The notes under the pieces are model-generated. The model was given only the letters and a program-made list of their open reading frames with translations. It did not search any database and was not told where the DNA came from. A program made the translations under genes and the position numbers. 64,000 nucleotides of DNA from NCBI GenBank assembly GCA_964016885.1, contig OZ024741.1, positions 359,104,001 through 359,168,000 on the forward strand, given 5' to 3'. This document shows, piece after piece, positions 13,401 through 27,284 of this stretch (its first letter is position 1; each line of letters opens with the position of its first letter). Origin of the DNA: Eledone cirrhosa (Eukaryota).

Positions 13401-14483
13401 ACTAGGACGTAGTGCAAAAGATGCCATTCCTTAGATGCAGGAAGCATCCATGTGGTCTTGAATTTGTTCTTTTGTTGGAACATGGTGTTGGTAACACACA
13501 GATCCAGCTCCTCACACATCTGCAGCAGGAGCATACCATTGTTGTTACACTTTCCCACCCTATGCCTTCCGATTACATTCCATGTGTTAAAATCCCTACC
13601 CACTCTAGCATTAAAGTCACCAAGCACGATGACTTTGTCTGCCTGAGGGATATTTCTTAAAACACCTTTCAAGGCATGGTAAAAGGACACTTTTTCTTCA
13701 TCGACAGAATTCATAGTTGGAGCATACACACTCACCAGGGTAGCATATCTTCCTTTGTCCAGTGGAACTCTCATGGACATAAGACGCTCACTAATCCCTA
13801 CTGGGAATTCTTCTAATTTATTCACAAGTACAGTCTTAACAGCAAATCCTACCCAAGCCTATCTTCTGGTTCCTTCATCTCTTTCTTTCCAGAAGAATGT
13901 ATATTCTCCACAAAATTCTGTAAGATGACCATCTCCAGCTAACCTCGTCTCAGATAAAGCCACGATGTCAAGATCGTAACGTCGAAGCTCCTTTGCAACA
14001 AGAGCGGTCCTTCGTCCAGGACGCTCCAAGGAATCCCTGTCAAGCAGCGTCCGTACGTTCCAGCAGCCAAGACTAAATGCCTTGTTTGGCTCTATTACAA
14101 TGGCACGATGACGAGCGGGCCCAGACTGTGATAACCTGGGGCCCCCTTCCCTTATTGCCAATTATCTTTTTTTGTTCCAGAACCTAAATTGCCAATTATC
14201 TCTTTTATATTGTTCTGGAACATCATTGAATTGGAAAAAAAAAAAAAAATAATAATAATAATAGTAATAATAGTAATAATAATAATAATACACTATTAAT
14301 AATTATTAATGCACTCGTGCAATGCCTGTGCGTGACGAATATTTTTAAAGTGAGGAAAGACTGTGCACTGAGCCAATCCCACTCTCTGAGCGACAGTAGC
14401 TATAACCCGAAAAGAAGAAAAGATCAACATCATCGGTAACTACTGAGCCGCAGGTTTTATGTCGGAGTTAACCCAGTTTCCAG
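10352..14483 (-). mobile_element. Near full-length degenerate RTE (BovB-like) LINE: 5'UTR, APE endonuclease, RT, C2H2 fingers, 3' end
   Basis: Frameshifted fragments GCWNVRTL...DIVALSETR; VYAPT...LGDFNARVG...TDHRLV; NYRGISLL; FVDPTKAFDTV, GVKQGD, LLYADDC, FVYLGS; CSICARLCLSKAGLESHLRSH. 5'UTR piece at 14315-14483 and 3' terminus at 10352-10405. Confidence 0.93.
10698..14110 (-). pseudogene. APE-RT polyprotein pseudogene of RTE LINE
   Basis: Collinear ORF fragments 13859-14161, 12749-13825, 12301-12807, 11354-12304 and 10902-11108, separated by frameshifts or stops. Confidence 0.92.
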
Positions 14484-14992
14484 ATATATATACATACATA
14501 CATACACACATATATATATATATACACATATATATACACAGACACACACACAGACATACACGCATACACACACACATATATACATACATACACACATATA
14601 TATATACACACACATACATACATACATACATACATACACACACATATATATATATATATATACACACACACTCATACACATATACATAGATATATATATA
14701 CATACATACACACATACATACACGCACACACACATATATATATATATACACACACATATATACATACATACACACACATATATATATATATATACACACA
14801 CACATATATATATATATACACACACATATATATACATACATACATACATACATACCCACATACATACATACACACACACATACACACACACATACATACA
14901 TACACACATATATATATATACATTCATACACACACATAGCTATATATATACATACATACACACACAGATATATATACATACATACATACATT

Positions 14993-15024
<32 letters not shown>

Positions 15025-15030
15025 CACACA
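14484..15030. repeat. (TA)n/(CA)n microsatellite
   Basis: Directly visible. Confidence 0.95.
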
Positions 15031-15071
15031 TTAAGACAATTTAAAAAATAACGACATTATATCAAAATAAA

Positions 15072-16193
15072 TTATAATTTGTCCCTCAACGAAATGAAAA
15101 CATCTTTGGCGATCTCAAAAACAGTCGCAATTCTCTGCTGGTTGAGAAGTTCCTGCTTAGTTTTGGCTATTTCTAGCCTCAATTTCTCCTTTTCTAGCAA
15201 TAATAGGGACCTGTGGAAGTCCTGGCAGTCGTGGTAGGGCGTGGACCATGATGTGGGAGCCGGAAACGACGTTGAAGGGCCGTGGGACTTGAGTCTTTTG
15301 TGAGAAGGCGGGGCCGAACATGAATCCTGTTCGTGGTGTTGTTGATGATGCTGCTGCTGGTGGTGGTGGCTGTTGTTGTTGTTGTCGTTGTGATGATGAT
15401 GATGTTGTTGTTGGTGTGATGAAGGCGGCGTTGGAGTCGATGTTGCTGCTGCCGTGGCGGTGGTGGTGGTGGTGGGGGAGGAAGAGGCGGCGGCAGACAG
15501 GAGAGCCGCGTTCAAACCCAAGCCAGACCCGATGTTATTACTGGTAGCACCACTGCCGCCGCCGCTGCTGCTGCCACTACTACTGCAAGCTGTGAAACCA
15601 CCGCCCAGCTGCTGCTGCTGCTGTGAAAGACCACCGCCACCACCGCCGCCACCACTACTGCTACTGTTACTAGTACTACTGTTGCTACTACAACTACCAC
15701 CACCACCATTAGCCGTGCTGGCCCCACCACCACCACCGTGGTGGTGGTGGTGGTGGTTGTGGTATGAAGACAGTGACCCCGCTCCTCCGCCGCCGCCGCC
15801 ACCACCGTTGTTCGAGAACATGGTGGCCTGACAGAGGGCGGTGAGGGCGAAGGTGGCGGCGGCCGTGGTCTGTGAAGAAATCGCTGTTGTTAAACCATTG
15901 CTGTTGTTGTTGTTGTTGCTGTGGTGGCGGCGGTGGTGGTGGTGGTGTTGTTGTTCGTGGTCAGTTTTTATCTCAGGGCTTATACCACCACCACCACCGT
16001 CAACGCCCCCTCTGGGGGTAATTATAGTGGTGGCGGTGGTGTCGTCGTCGTCGCTTGTGGAGGAGACTTCATGTTTGGGACTGATACAGAAGTCAAAGTT
16101 TTCGTTTCCTTCTCGTCTGCCGCCGCTGCCGCCGCTGTCGTCGTCGACAGACGGTGGATCCCTGCCGCCGTCGGTGACCCTCTGCCATGCTGC
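15072..16193 (-). CDS. Probable terminal coding exon of a host nuclear protein: low-complexity poly-G/S/Q/H/N tracts and a C-terminal coiled coil (resembles Myb/SANT-like protein tails)
   Basis: GC-rich island. Manual translation shows the 15072-15821 frame stays open up to 16193 (...VTDGGRDPPSVDDDS...FCISPKHE...SPEIKTDHE...). Ends HRSLLLLEKEKLRLEIAKTKQELL...LRDKL*. The family assignment is weak. Confidence 0.65.
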   Translation of the reverse strand, partial: AAWQRVTDGGRDPPSVDDDSGGSGGRREGNENFDFCISPKHEVSSTSDDDDTTATTIITPRGGVDGGGGGISPEIKTDHEQQHHHHHRRHHSNNNNNSNGLTTAISSQTTAAATFALTALCQATMFSNNGGGGGGGGAGSLSSYHNHHHHHHGGGGGASTANGGGGSCSSNSSTSNSSSSGGGGGGGGLSQQQQQLGGGFTACSSSGSSSGGGSGATSNNIGSGLGLNAALLSAAASSSPTTTTTATAAATSTPTPPSSHQQQHHHHHNDNNNNSHHHQQQHHQQHHEQDSCSAPPSHKRLKSHGPSTSFPAPTSWSTPYHDCQDFHRSLLLLEKEKLRLEIAKTKQELLNQQRIATVFEIAKDVFISLRDKL

Positions 16194-16659
16194 TTATGCT
16201 GACGATTTCTAGCTTGTCCTCCGAGGGTAACGACTGCACCGACAGGGTTATCGGTAGGGAGTCGAGCGAACCGGGCACGTGGAGGGAGAAACGGGCACCG
16301 GCGGGGCTGCTGAGGACCCGAGGGGGGCAGGATGATGATGATCATATACACATATATACACACACACACATATACACACACACACATATATACACACACA
16401 TATATACACACACATATATACACACATATATATATATACATACATATATATACACATATATATACACATACATATATATACACATACATATATATACACA
16501 CATATATATACACACATATATATACACACACATATATATACACACATATATATACACATATATATACACATATATATACACACATATATATACACACATA
16601 TATATACACACATATATATACACACACATATACACATATATATACATATATATACACAC

Positions 16660-17257
16660 ATATGGTGGCTGCCAACTCGTTTTCGAGTACGGCCACTACT
16701 TTATATCCATGTAGGAGAACCCCTACCGATGCGCTGAACGAATGTGACTCTTTAGTCCAGCCAGCGACTTGAAAACTCTGGTACAGACACTACATTTGTG
16801 ACAATTATTGACACATAGTGCTGGGTACCATGTGACGACAAGTGCAGAGAGATCTCCAGATACAAAGCAATGCCTGTGAAGCTTTTATAGTGAACAAAGG
16901 CACTGCACAAAGCCAGTCCCACTCTCTTAACCAAGATGATATTTACCAAAAAGAAGAACAAGTCAACATCATTGGATACCATCAGGGTTGCAGGTGTTAC
17001 ATCAGAGTTTTCCTTCTCTTAGAATTCTGCATTGACAAAGGCTAAGGAGTCATCTCTCCCAGTAATTTTGGATGGCCATTGACTCTTAAGATCTCCTTTA
17101 CCCTTTGACAGGTTTTGTTTTTAGTCCTGCAGGATGTCCAGTCACCCTCCTCACCAAGAAACCTTGGTGGGGTTGCCAGTTTAGTCGCCAACGACCCGAC
17201 CATGAGACAGGTTGTACTGGGATACATGTTACCAGTAGCACCAACTGGTGACCTGAC
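16660..17257 (-). mobile_element. Non-autonomous RTE derivative, copy 2 (longer 5' end)
   Basis: Same 3' junction as the 8679 copy (atatggtggctgccaactcg on plus); microsatellite tail at 16334-16660; structured 5' end at 17140-17257. Confidence 0.75.
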
Positions 17258-17371
17258 ATACATACACATATATATATACACACATATATACACACATATA
17301 TACACACATATATATACACACATATATATACACACATATATATACACACATATATATACACACATATATAT

Positions 17372-17418
<47 letters not shown>

Positions 17419-18115
17419 TGTATATATACATATATATATATATACACACACACACATATATATACATATATAGATACACACACACTCACTCACAGAGAAA
17501 GAGAACATAACAAATATGACAACAAACATAACATTATCTCCACTCGGCAGACATTACACCAGAATGGACATTGTGATTTCTACTCAATTAGTTCACATCT
17601 CCATTCTTTCATGGAGATATTCTGGCAATACTTATTTATGGTAATGCACACAGCTCTTTGTTTCAACAAATATGCGTGCGTGCGCGCGCGCGTGTGTGTG
17701 TATGTGTGTGTGTAATCACTGTTATACCTCTACTTTTTCATGCTTCATGTGTGTATGTGTGTGTGTGTGTGCGCGTGTATATATGTTTTTGTATTTAATT
17801 TGTTAAAAGATAATATTAAGACTTTCCTTACCATAGTGAAAGATTAGTGTCTGCAATTAATTAATGTTTGGGGCATAGTTTAAAGGTTCTTACTTGAAAT
17901 TATGATGAAAGATTTTTAGATAAATATAAACACTATAATATAGAACAAAAGCTGTTTTAGGGGATGATAAAATATGCAAACATTAAAGTACCAGTAATAC
18001 ACTGGCTAATTGCTGGCCTTGTGCCTAAAGTAGAAACAATTATATATGGCATACAGACCTCTTGCAAAACGTAGCTAAAGTATCTTCAATTGATAGCAGG
18101 GAGAAGAAGTAACAA

Positions 18116-21100
18116 CAATAACACCAACCAACACTGGCAACACCAACCTACACTGGCAACACCAACCTACACTGGCAACAACAACCTACACTGGCAACAA
18201 CAACCTACACTGGCAACAACAACCAACACTGGCAACACCAACCAACACTGGCAACAACAACCAACACTGGCAACAACAACCTACACTGGCAACACCAACC
18301 AACACTGGCAACAACAACCAACACTGGCAACAACAACCAACACTGGCAACAACAACCAATACTGGCAACAACAACCTACACTGGCAACACCAACCAACAC
18401 TGGCAACAACAACCAACACTGGCAACAACAACCTACACTGGCAACAACAACCTACACTGGCAACAACAACCAACACTGGCAACACCAACGAACACTGGCA
18501 ACAACAACCAACACTGGCAACAACAACCTACACTGGCAACAACAACCTACACTGGCAACACCAACCAACAAGGGCAACACCAACCAACACTGGCAACAAC
18601 AACCTACACTGGCAACAACAACCTACACTGGCAACAACAACCAACACTGGCAACACCAACCAACACTGGCAACAACAACCTACACTGGCAACAACAACCT
18701 ACACTGGCAACAACAACCAACACTGGCAACACCAACCACCACTAACAACACCAACCACCACTAACAACACCAACCATCACTAACAACACCAACCACCACT
18801 AACAACACCAACCAACACTAACAACACCAACCATTACTAACAACACCAACCACCACTAACATCACCAACCATCACTAACAACACCAACCACCACTAACAA
18901 CACCAACCACCACTAACAACACCAACCACCACTAACAACACCAACCACCACTAACAACACCAACCACCACTAACAACACCAACCACCACTAACAACACCA
19001 ACCACCACTAACAACACCAACCACCACTAACAACACCAACCATCACTAACAACACCAACCACCACTAACAACACCAACCACCACTAACACCAACCACCAC
19101 TAACAACACCAACCACCACTAACAACACCAACCACCACTAACAACACCAACCACCACTAACAACACCAACCACCACTAACATCACCAACCAACAACACCA
19201 ACCACCACTAACAACACCAACCACCACTAACATCACCAACCACCACTAACAACACCAACCACCACTAACAACACCAACCACCACTAACAACACCAACCAC
19301 CACTAACAACACCAACCACCACTAACAACACCAACCACCACTAACAACACCAACCACCACTAACAACACCAACCACCACTAACAACACCAACCACCACTA
19401 ACAACACCAACCACCACTAACATCACCAACCACCACTAACAACACCAACCACCACTAACAACACCAACCAACACTAACAACACCAACCACCACTAACAAC
19501 ACCAACCACCACTAACAACACCAACCACCACTAACAACACCAACCAACACTAACAACACCAACCACCACTAACAACACCAACCACCACTAACATCACCAA
19601 CCACCACTAACAACACCAACCACCACTAACAACACCAACCACCACTAACAACACCAACCACCACTAACAACACCAACCACCACTAACAACACCAACCACC
19701 ACTAACAACACCAACCACCACTAACAACACCAACCACCACTAACAACACCAACCACCACTAACAACACCAACCATCACTAACAACACCAACCACCACTAA
19801 CAACACCAACCAACACCAACCACCACCACTATCAACACCAACCACCACTAACAACACCAACCAACACCAACCACCACTAACAACACCAACCATCACTAAC
19901 AACACCAACCATCACTAACAACACCAACCACCACTAACAACACCAACCAACACCAACCACCACTAACAACACCAACCACCACTAACAACACCAACCACCA
20001 CTAACAACACCAACCAACACCAACCACCACTAACAACACCAACCACCACTAACAACACCAACCACCACTAACAACACCAACCAACACTAACAACACCAAC
20101 CATCACTAACAACACCAACCACCACTAACAACACCAACCACCACTAACAACACCAACCACCACTAACAACACCAACCACCACTAACAACACCAACCACCA
20201 CTAACAACACCAACCACCACTAACAACACCAACCATCACTAACAACACCAACCACCACTAACAACACCAACCAACACCAACCACCACTAACAACACCAAC
20301 CAACACTAACAACACCAACCACCACTAACAACACCAACCACCACTAACAACACCAACCACCAATAACAACACCAACCACCATTAACAACACCAACCACCA
20401 CTAACAACACCAACCACCACTAACAACACCAACCAACACCAACCACCACTAACAACACCAACCAACACCAACCACCACTAACAACACCAACCACCACTAA
20501 CAACACCAACCACCACTAACAACACCAACCAACACCAACAACACCAACCACCACTAACAACACCAACCATCACTAACAACACCAACCATCACTAACAACA
20601 CCAACCACCACTAACAACACCAACCAACACCAACCACCACTAACAACACCAACCACCACTAACAACACCAACCACCACTAACAACACCAACCATCACTAA
20701 CAACACCAACCACCACTAACAACACCAACCACCACTAACAACACCAACCACCACTAACAACACCAACCACCACTAACAACACCAACCACCACTAACAACA
20801 CCAACCACCACTAACAACACCAACCACCACTAACAACACCAACCACCACTAACAACACCAACCACCACTAACAACACCAACCACCACTAACAACACCAAC
20901 CACCACTAACAACACCAACCACCACTAACAACACCAACCACCACTAACAACACCAACCACCATTAACAACACCAACCACCACTAACAACACCAACCACCA
21001 CTAACAACACCAACCACCACTAACATCACCAACCATCACTAACAACACCAACCACCACTAACAACACCAACCAACACTAACAACACCAACCACCACTAAC

Positions 21101-24100
21101 ATCACCAACCACCACTAACAACACCAACCACCACGAACAACACCAACCACCACTAACAACACCAACCACCACTAACAACACCAACCACCACTAACAACAC
21201 CAACCACCACTAACAACACCAACCACCACTAACAACACCAACCACCACTAACAACACCAACCAACACTAACAACACCAACCAACACTAACAACACCAACC
21301 ACCACTAACAACACCAACCACCACTAACAATACCAACCACCACTAACAACACCAACCAACACTAACAACACCAACCAACACTAACAACACCAACCACCAC
21401 TAACAACACCAACCACCACTAACAACACCAACCACCACTAACAACAACAACCACCACTAACAACACCAACCATCACTAACAACACCAACCATCACTAAAA
21501 ACACCAACCACCACTAACAACACCAACCAACACCAACCACCACTAACAACACCAACCACCACTAACAACACCAACCAACACCAACCACCACTAACCAACA
21601 CCAACCACCACTAACAACACCAACCACCACTAACAACACCAACCACCACTAACAACACCAACCAACACCAACCACCACTAACAACACCAACTACCACTAA
21701 CAACACCAACCACCACTAACAACACCAACCATCACTAACAACACCAACCACCACTAACAACACCAACCACCACTAACAACACCAACCAACACCAACCACC
21801 ACTAACAACACCAACCACCACTAACAACACCAACCACCACTAACAACACCAACCATCACTAACAACACCAACCATCACTAACAACACCAACCACCACTAA
21901 CAACACCAACCAACACCAACCACCACTAACAACACCAACCACCACTAACAACACCAACCAACACCAACCACCACTAACCAACACCAACCACCACTAACAA
22001 CACCAACCACCACTAACAACACCAACCATCACTAACAACACCAACCATCACTAACAACACCAACCACCACTAACAACACCAACCACCACTAACAACACCA
22101 ACCACCACTAACAACACCAACCACCACTAACAACACCAACCACCACTAACAACACCAACCACCACTAACAACACCAACCATCACTAACAACACCAACCAT
22201 CACTAACAACACCAACCAACACCAACCACCACTAACAACACCAACCACCACTAACAACACCAACCAACACTAACAACACCAACCACCACTAACAACACCA
22301 ACCACCACTAACAACACCAACCACCACTAACAACACCAACCACCACTAACAACACCAACCACCACTAACAACACCAACCACCACTAAAAACACCAACCAT
22401 CACTAACAACACCAACCACCACTAACAACACCAACCACCACTAACAACACCAACCAACACCAACCACCACTAACAACACCAACCACCACTAACAACACCA
22501 ACCACCACTAACAACACCAACCAACACCAACCACCACTAACAACACCAACCACCACTAACAACACCAACCAACACTAACAACACCAACCATCACTAACAA
22601 CACCAACCACCACTAACAACACCAACCAACACTAACAACACCAACCAACACTAACAACACCAACCATCACTAACAACACCAACCACCACTAACAACACCA
22701 ACCACCACTAACAACACCAACCACCACTAACAACACCAACCACCACTAACAACACTAACAACACCAACAACACCAACCATTACTAACAACACCAACCACC
22801 ACTAACAACACCAACCACCACTAACAACACCAACCACCACTAGCAACACCAACCAACACTAACAACACCAACCGTTACTAACAACACCAACCACCACTAA
22901 CAACACCAACCACCACTAACAACACCAACCATCACTAACAACACCAACCACCACTAACAACACCAACCAACACCAACCACCACTAACAACACCAACCACC
23001 ACTAACAACACCAACAAACACTAACAACACCAACCTCCACTAACAACACCAACCACCACTAACAACACCAGCCACCACTAGCAACACCAACCGTTACTAA
23101 CAACACCAACCACCACTAACAACACCAACCAACACTAACACCAACCACCACTAACAACACCAACCACCACTAACAACACCAACCATCACTAACAACACCA
23201 ACCACCACTAACAACACCAACCACCACTAACAACACCAACCACCACTAGCAACACCAACCGTTACTAACAACACCAACCACCACTAACAACACCAACCAC
23301 CACTAGCAACACCAACCGTTACTAACAACACCAACCGTTACTAACAACACCAACCACCACTAACAACACCAACCACCACTAACAACACCAACCACCACTA
23401 GCAACACCAACCGTTACTAACAACACCAACCGTTACTAACAACACCAACCGTTACTAACAACACCAACCACCACTAACAACACCAACCACCACTAACAAC
23501 ACCAACCACCACTAACAACACCAACCACCACTAACAACACCAACCACCACTAACAACACCAACCACCACTAACAACACCAACCACCACTAACAACACTAA
23601 CCACCACTAACAACACCAACCACCACTAACAACACCAACCGTTACTAACAACACCAACCACCACTAACACCAACCGTTACTAACAACACCAACCGTTACT
23701 AACAACACCAACCACCACTAACAACACCAACCACCACTAACAACACCAACCACCACTAACAACACCAACCACCACTAACAACACCAACCACCACTAACAA
23801 CACCAACCACCACTAACAACACCAACCACCACTAACAACACCAACCACCACTAACAACACCAACCACCACTAACAACACCAACCACCACTAACAACACCA
23901 ACCACCACTAACAACACCAACCACCACTAACAACACCAACCACCACTAACAACACCAACCACCACTAACAACACCAACCAACACTAACAACACCAACCAC
24001 CACTAACAACACCAACCACCACTAACAACACCAACCACCACTAACAACACCAACCACCACTAACAACACCAACCATCACTAACAACACCAACCACCACTA

Positions 24101-24380
24101 ACAACACCAACCACCACTAACAACACCAACCACCACTAACAACACCAACCACCACTAACAACACCAACCACCACTAACAACACCAACCACCACTAACAAC
24201 ACCAACCATCACTAACAACACCAACCACCACTAACAACACCAACCAACACTAACAACACCAACCACCACTAACAACACCAACCACCACTAACAACACCAA
24301 CCACCACTAACAACACCAACCACCACTAACAACACCAATCACCACTAACAACACCAACCATCACTAACAACACCAACCAA
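18116..24380. repeat. 19-bp minisatellite array, roughly 330 units
   Basis: Unit caccaaccaacactggcaa (18116-18730), then caccaaccaccactaacaa (18730-24380). Confidence 0.97.
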
Positions 24381-24984
24381 TAATAACAACAATAACAACA
24401 ACCACTAGCAACAGCAACCAACAATAGTAACAATGAACAATAGCAACAACACCTGTTTGGATTCCATGGGTGTGGTATGGTGTAATACATGGCTGAAGAA
24501 TATTTTGACTTTTCAGTAAAATATTTGCTAATAACAACAGATGCTGACATTTTAAAGTAATTTCTGTAATATATGTTGTTGGTGTTATTGTTGCTTATGT
24601 TGTTAATATTGATGCTGTTGATATTGATGTTGTTGATGTCAATGTTGAAATTGATGCTGCTGCTATTGTTTTTGATGATGATGTTTATCTTATTGATATT
24701 GCTGTTGTTCTTTGCAGCACTGTAACCCTTCTGTAAATGATGGAGAACAGAGACCAGGGGCTACTGATAACAGCCAAAATATCTAGAGTGATACCTTAAC
24801 AACTTACTGTAACACTTATGAGATGATGATGATGAAAGTGTGACTTGAGAAGGATTTAATCAACCATGTAAAGTTTCCCTCATTGGCTCTTGGAGTTAGT
24901 CTGTTTAGAAATTATTGATGTTGTTTAACCCCAGACTTATGATCAAAAAAGTATTCCAGCTGTAACAATCTCATATTTGTCCAA

Positions 24985-25682
24985 TGAATGCAGAGGATGT
25001 GTGGAGGGTAGATTGTATGTCTGTGAATGTAGTGTGATATTGCATGGGAGTGAAACATGGGTATTGAATGCAGAAGATGTGTGGAAGGTAGATTGTATGA
25101 TGTCTATGAATGTTGTGTGATGTTGCTTGATAGTGAGATATGGGAATTGAATGCAGAAGATGTGTGAAGGTTACAAAGATATGTAGCTAGCATGTTCTGC
25201 TGGGTTGTAACCTCACTGTGAATGAACTGTGAATGAACAATAAAGCACAGATGAGTTGCAGAAAAAACTGGGTATAAGAGGTATCAGACAGTGTGAAAGA
25301 TAGATTATGCAGGCATGGGCATGTGATGTGTATGGAGACTGACAGCTGGGCACTGAAAATGGATGAAACCTGTGGAAGAGGAAGACTAAGCAAAACATAT
25401 GAAGTGGTGAAGAGCAACCAGAAGCAGCTAAATCTCACATAAGAGATGATGAAAGACTGCAGTAACTGATGACACAGTATGCATATGGAAAGATGCTGTA
25501 GAAGAGGAAGACCAATGAAAACATAGATAAAAGTGGGGAGAGCCGATCTCAAATTGCTGAACCTCACAGAGAAGGTGACAAAGGAACGCAACAAGTGAAG
25601 GAAAGCTGTGCTGGTGTGGAGAATACTCATGCAACCCAAGCAAGCATGGAAAAGTGGACATAAGAATGATAATGGTGATGAT
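24985..25682 (+). mobile_element. Old RTE 3' remnant with an internal tandem duplication
   Basis: Degenerate GRLYD...LHGSETW.LNAEDV appears twice, followed by the RRGRP.KT motif and a gatgatg tail. Confidence 0.65.
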
Positions 25683-25884
25683 GTCCAAAGATATTTTATC
25701 ATGGCACCAGCACTAAAGAGGTTGTTACTATAAAGTGGTTGACATTAGGAAGGATATCCAGCAGTAGAAACCATGCCAAAATGGGAACATGTCTACTTTC
25801 AGAATGTGATGACCCATCCAACCCATGCCAACATGGAAAGCAGACATAAAATGTTCATGATGTATATGTGTAAACATGTGTGTA

Positions 25885-27195
25885 TCATCATCATCATCGT
25901 TTAACATCCATTTTTCCACACTACCATGGGTTAGATGAGTTGTCCTGTTGTGAGACAAGTCAGATCAGATAACCGTGTCTTGCTCATGCAGAACTGTTTC
26001 TAGCTTGGTTTCTATAGCTGGATGCCCTTCCTAATGCCAACCACATTTACAGTGTGTACTGTGTACTTTTTATCATACCACCTAGGTTGGGCTGGGTGCT
26101 TTTTGACATGTCACCACAGTTGGGCTGGGCACTTTTTGCCATGTCACCAATGTTGGGCTGGGTGCCTCATGTTGTGTAACCAGCATGACCACTTTACAAG
26201 TTGGACTAGATACTTATTTGTCACATCACCAGAACGACTACCCTGCGAGTTGGCATCAGTGCTCTTTTGTCATGTTACCTTACAGAGAGGACTAGGTGCT
26301 GTTTTTTCATGGCACCAACATGAGCACCTTATATGATGGACCAGGGGCTTTTGTTGTGTCACCAGCATGAACACCTTACAAGGTAGACAGAGCTTTTAGC
26401 CATTTCAGCAGCACTGAGGTAAAACATGTTCAGCTTTCCAGTATACATGGGTTGGTCAAGAGAGGTACATCAGATGTGGAAAGTGAGGGTGGGGTGGGGG
26501 TGCATTTATATAGGGTGGGGTTGGAGAGGTAGGTCTAGGGTGAGGTACTTAGTTGGTGAAGGGTAGAATGTTAAGACGTGGGTGAAGGGTGGCATGTTTA
26601 GACATGGGAGGAGTATGGAAGGAGAAGAAGTGCTGCATACAAGAGACCACAAGAAGTTTTCTTCATCATGTGTACATAGGAAGTCTTCTGCAGTACTACA
26701 TAATGACAGATCTTGAACCTGTGTCATTGCCCTTGAAAAGTGCAATTGTGCGAGATCAGCTTTTATCACCTCATCCCAGGTTTCCCTAGGTCTTCCTATT
26801 CCATAGCTTCCATCAACATTGAGCACCCTGTACCTTTTTATTCAGCTGTCATTCTCCATACACATCACATGTCTATACCACCATAATCTTCTCTCCTGCA
26901 CACTGCATCTGATCCCTCTTATGCCCAGTTCATTTGCTGTTCATGTATATTACTATTACACATCCATCGGAGCATGCAAGCTTCATTTCTTTCCAATTTT
27001 CATTGGTCCTCTGCAGAGTGCCCAGGTCTCACTACTATGCAACATTGCTGTTCATATACACACCTCATAGAATCTGACCTTCATTTTGATGGGAAACTTT
27101 GGTAGCTAGCAGTGGTAGTTACTCCCTGAAGTTTCTCCATCCCATTCTCACTCTGGTTACTGTACTTTCAAAACACCCACCTCCACTGTTAACTG
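25885..27195 (-). mobile_element. Degenerate RTE 3' remnant (coding part ~26640-27195, 3'UTR ~25885-26420)
   Basis: [22 protein letters not shown] and clear similarity to 6200-7050. Confidence 0.8.
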
Positions 27196-27284
27196 CTTCT
27201 ATATATATATATATGAAAAATAGGCATTAAATGATGATTATATATATATAATCATCATTTAATGCCTATTTTTCATGTTTGCAT

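Noticed and set aside
15454-16212. Plus-strand poly-V/L/P/W ORFs
   Set aside because: These are antisense shadows of the minus-strand low-complexity exon.
17832-17850. Possible 19-nt minus-strand micro-exon (gcag|...ATG|gtaagg)
   Set aside because: Weak polypyrimidine tract; splicing it to the candidate acceptor does not give the long frame.
18090-18764. 224-aa repetitive ORF (HWQQQPTLATTTNTGNNN)
   Set aside because: It is a 19-bp unit read through all three frames, with no unique domain or credible start.
18116-24380. CRISPR array or telomeric repeat
   Set aside because: No unique spacers and no cas genes; the unit is 19 bp, not TTAGGG.
25462-25500. CTGATGA...GAAA hammerhead-like text (also near 27835 and 37810)
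   Set aside because: No supporting stem I/III pairing; consistent with chance matches.
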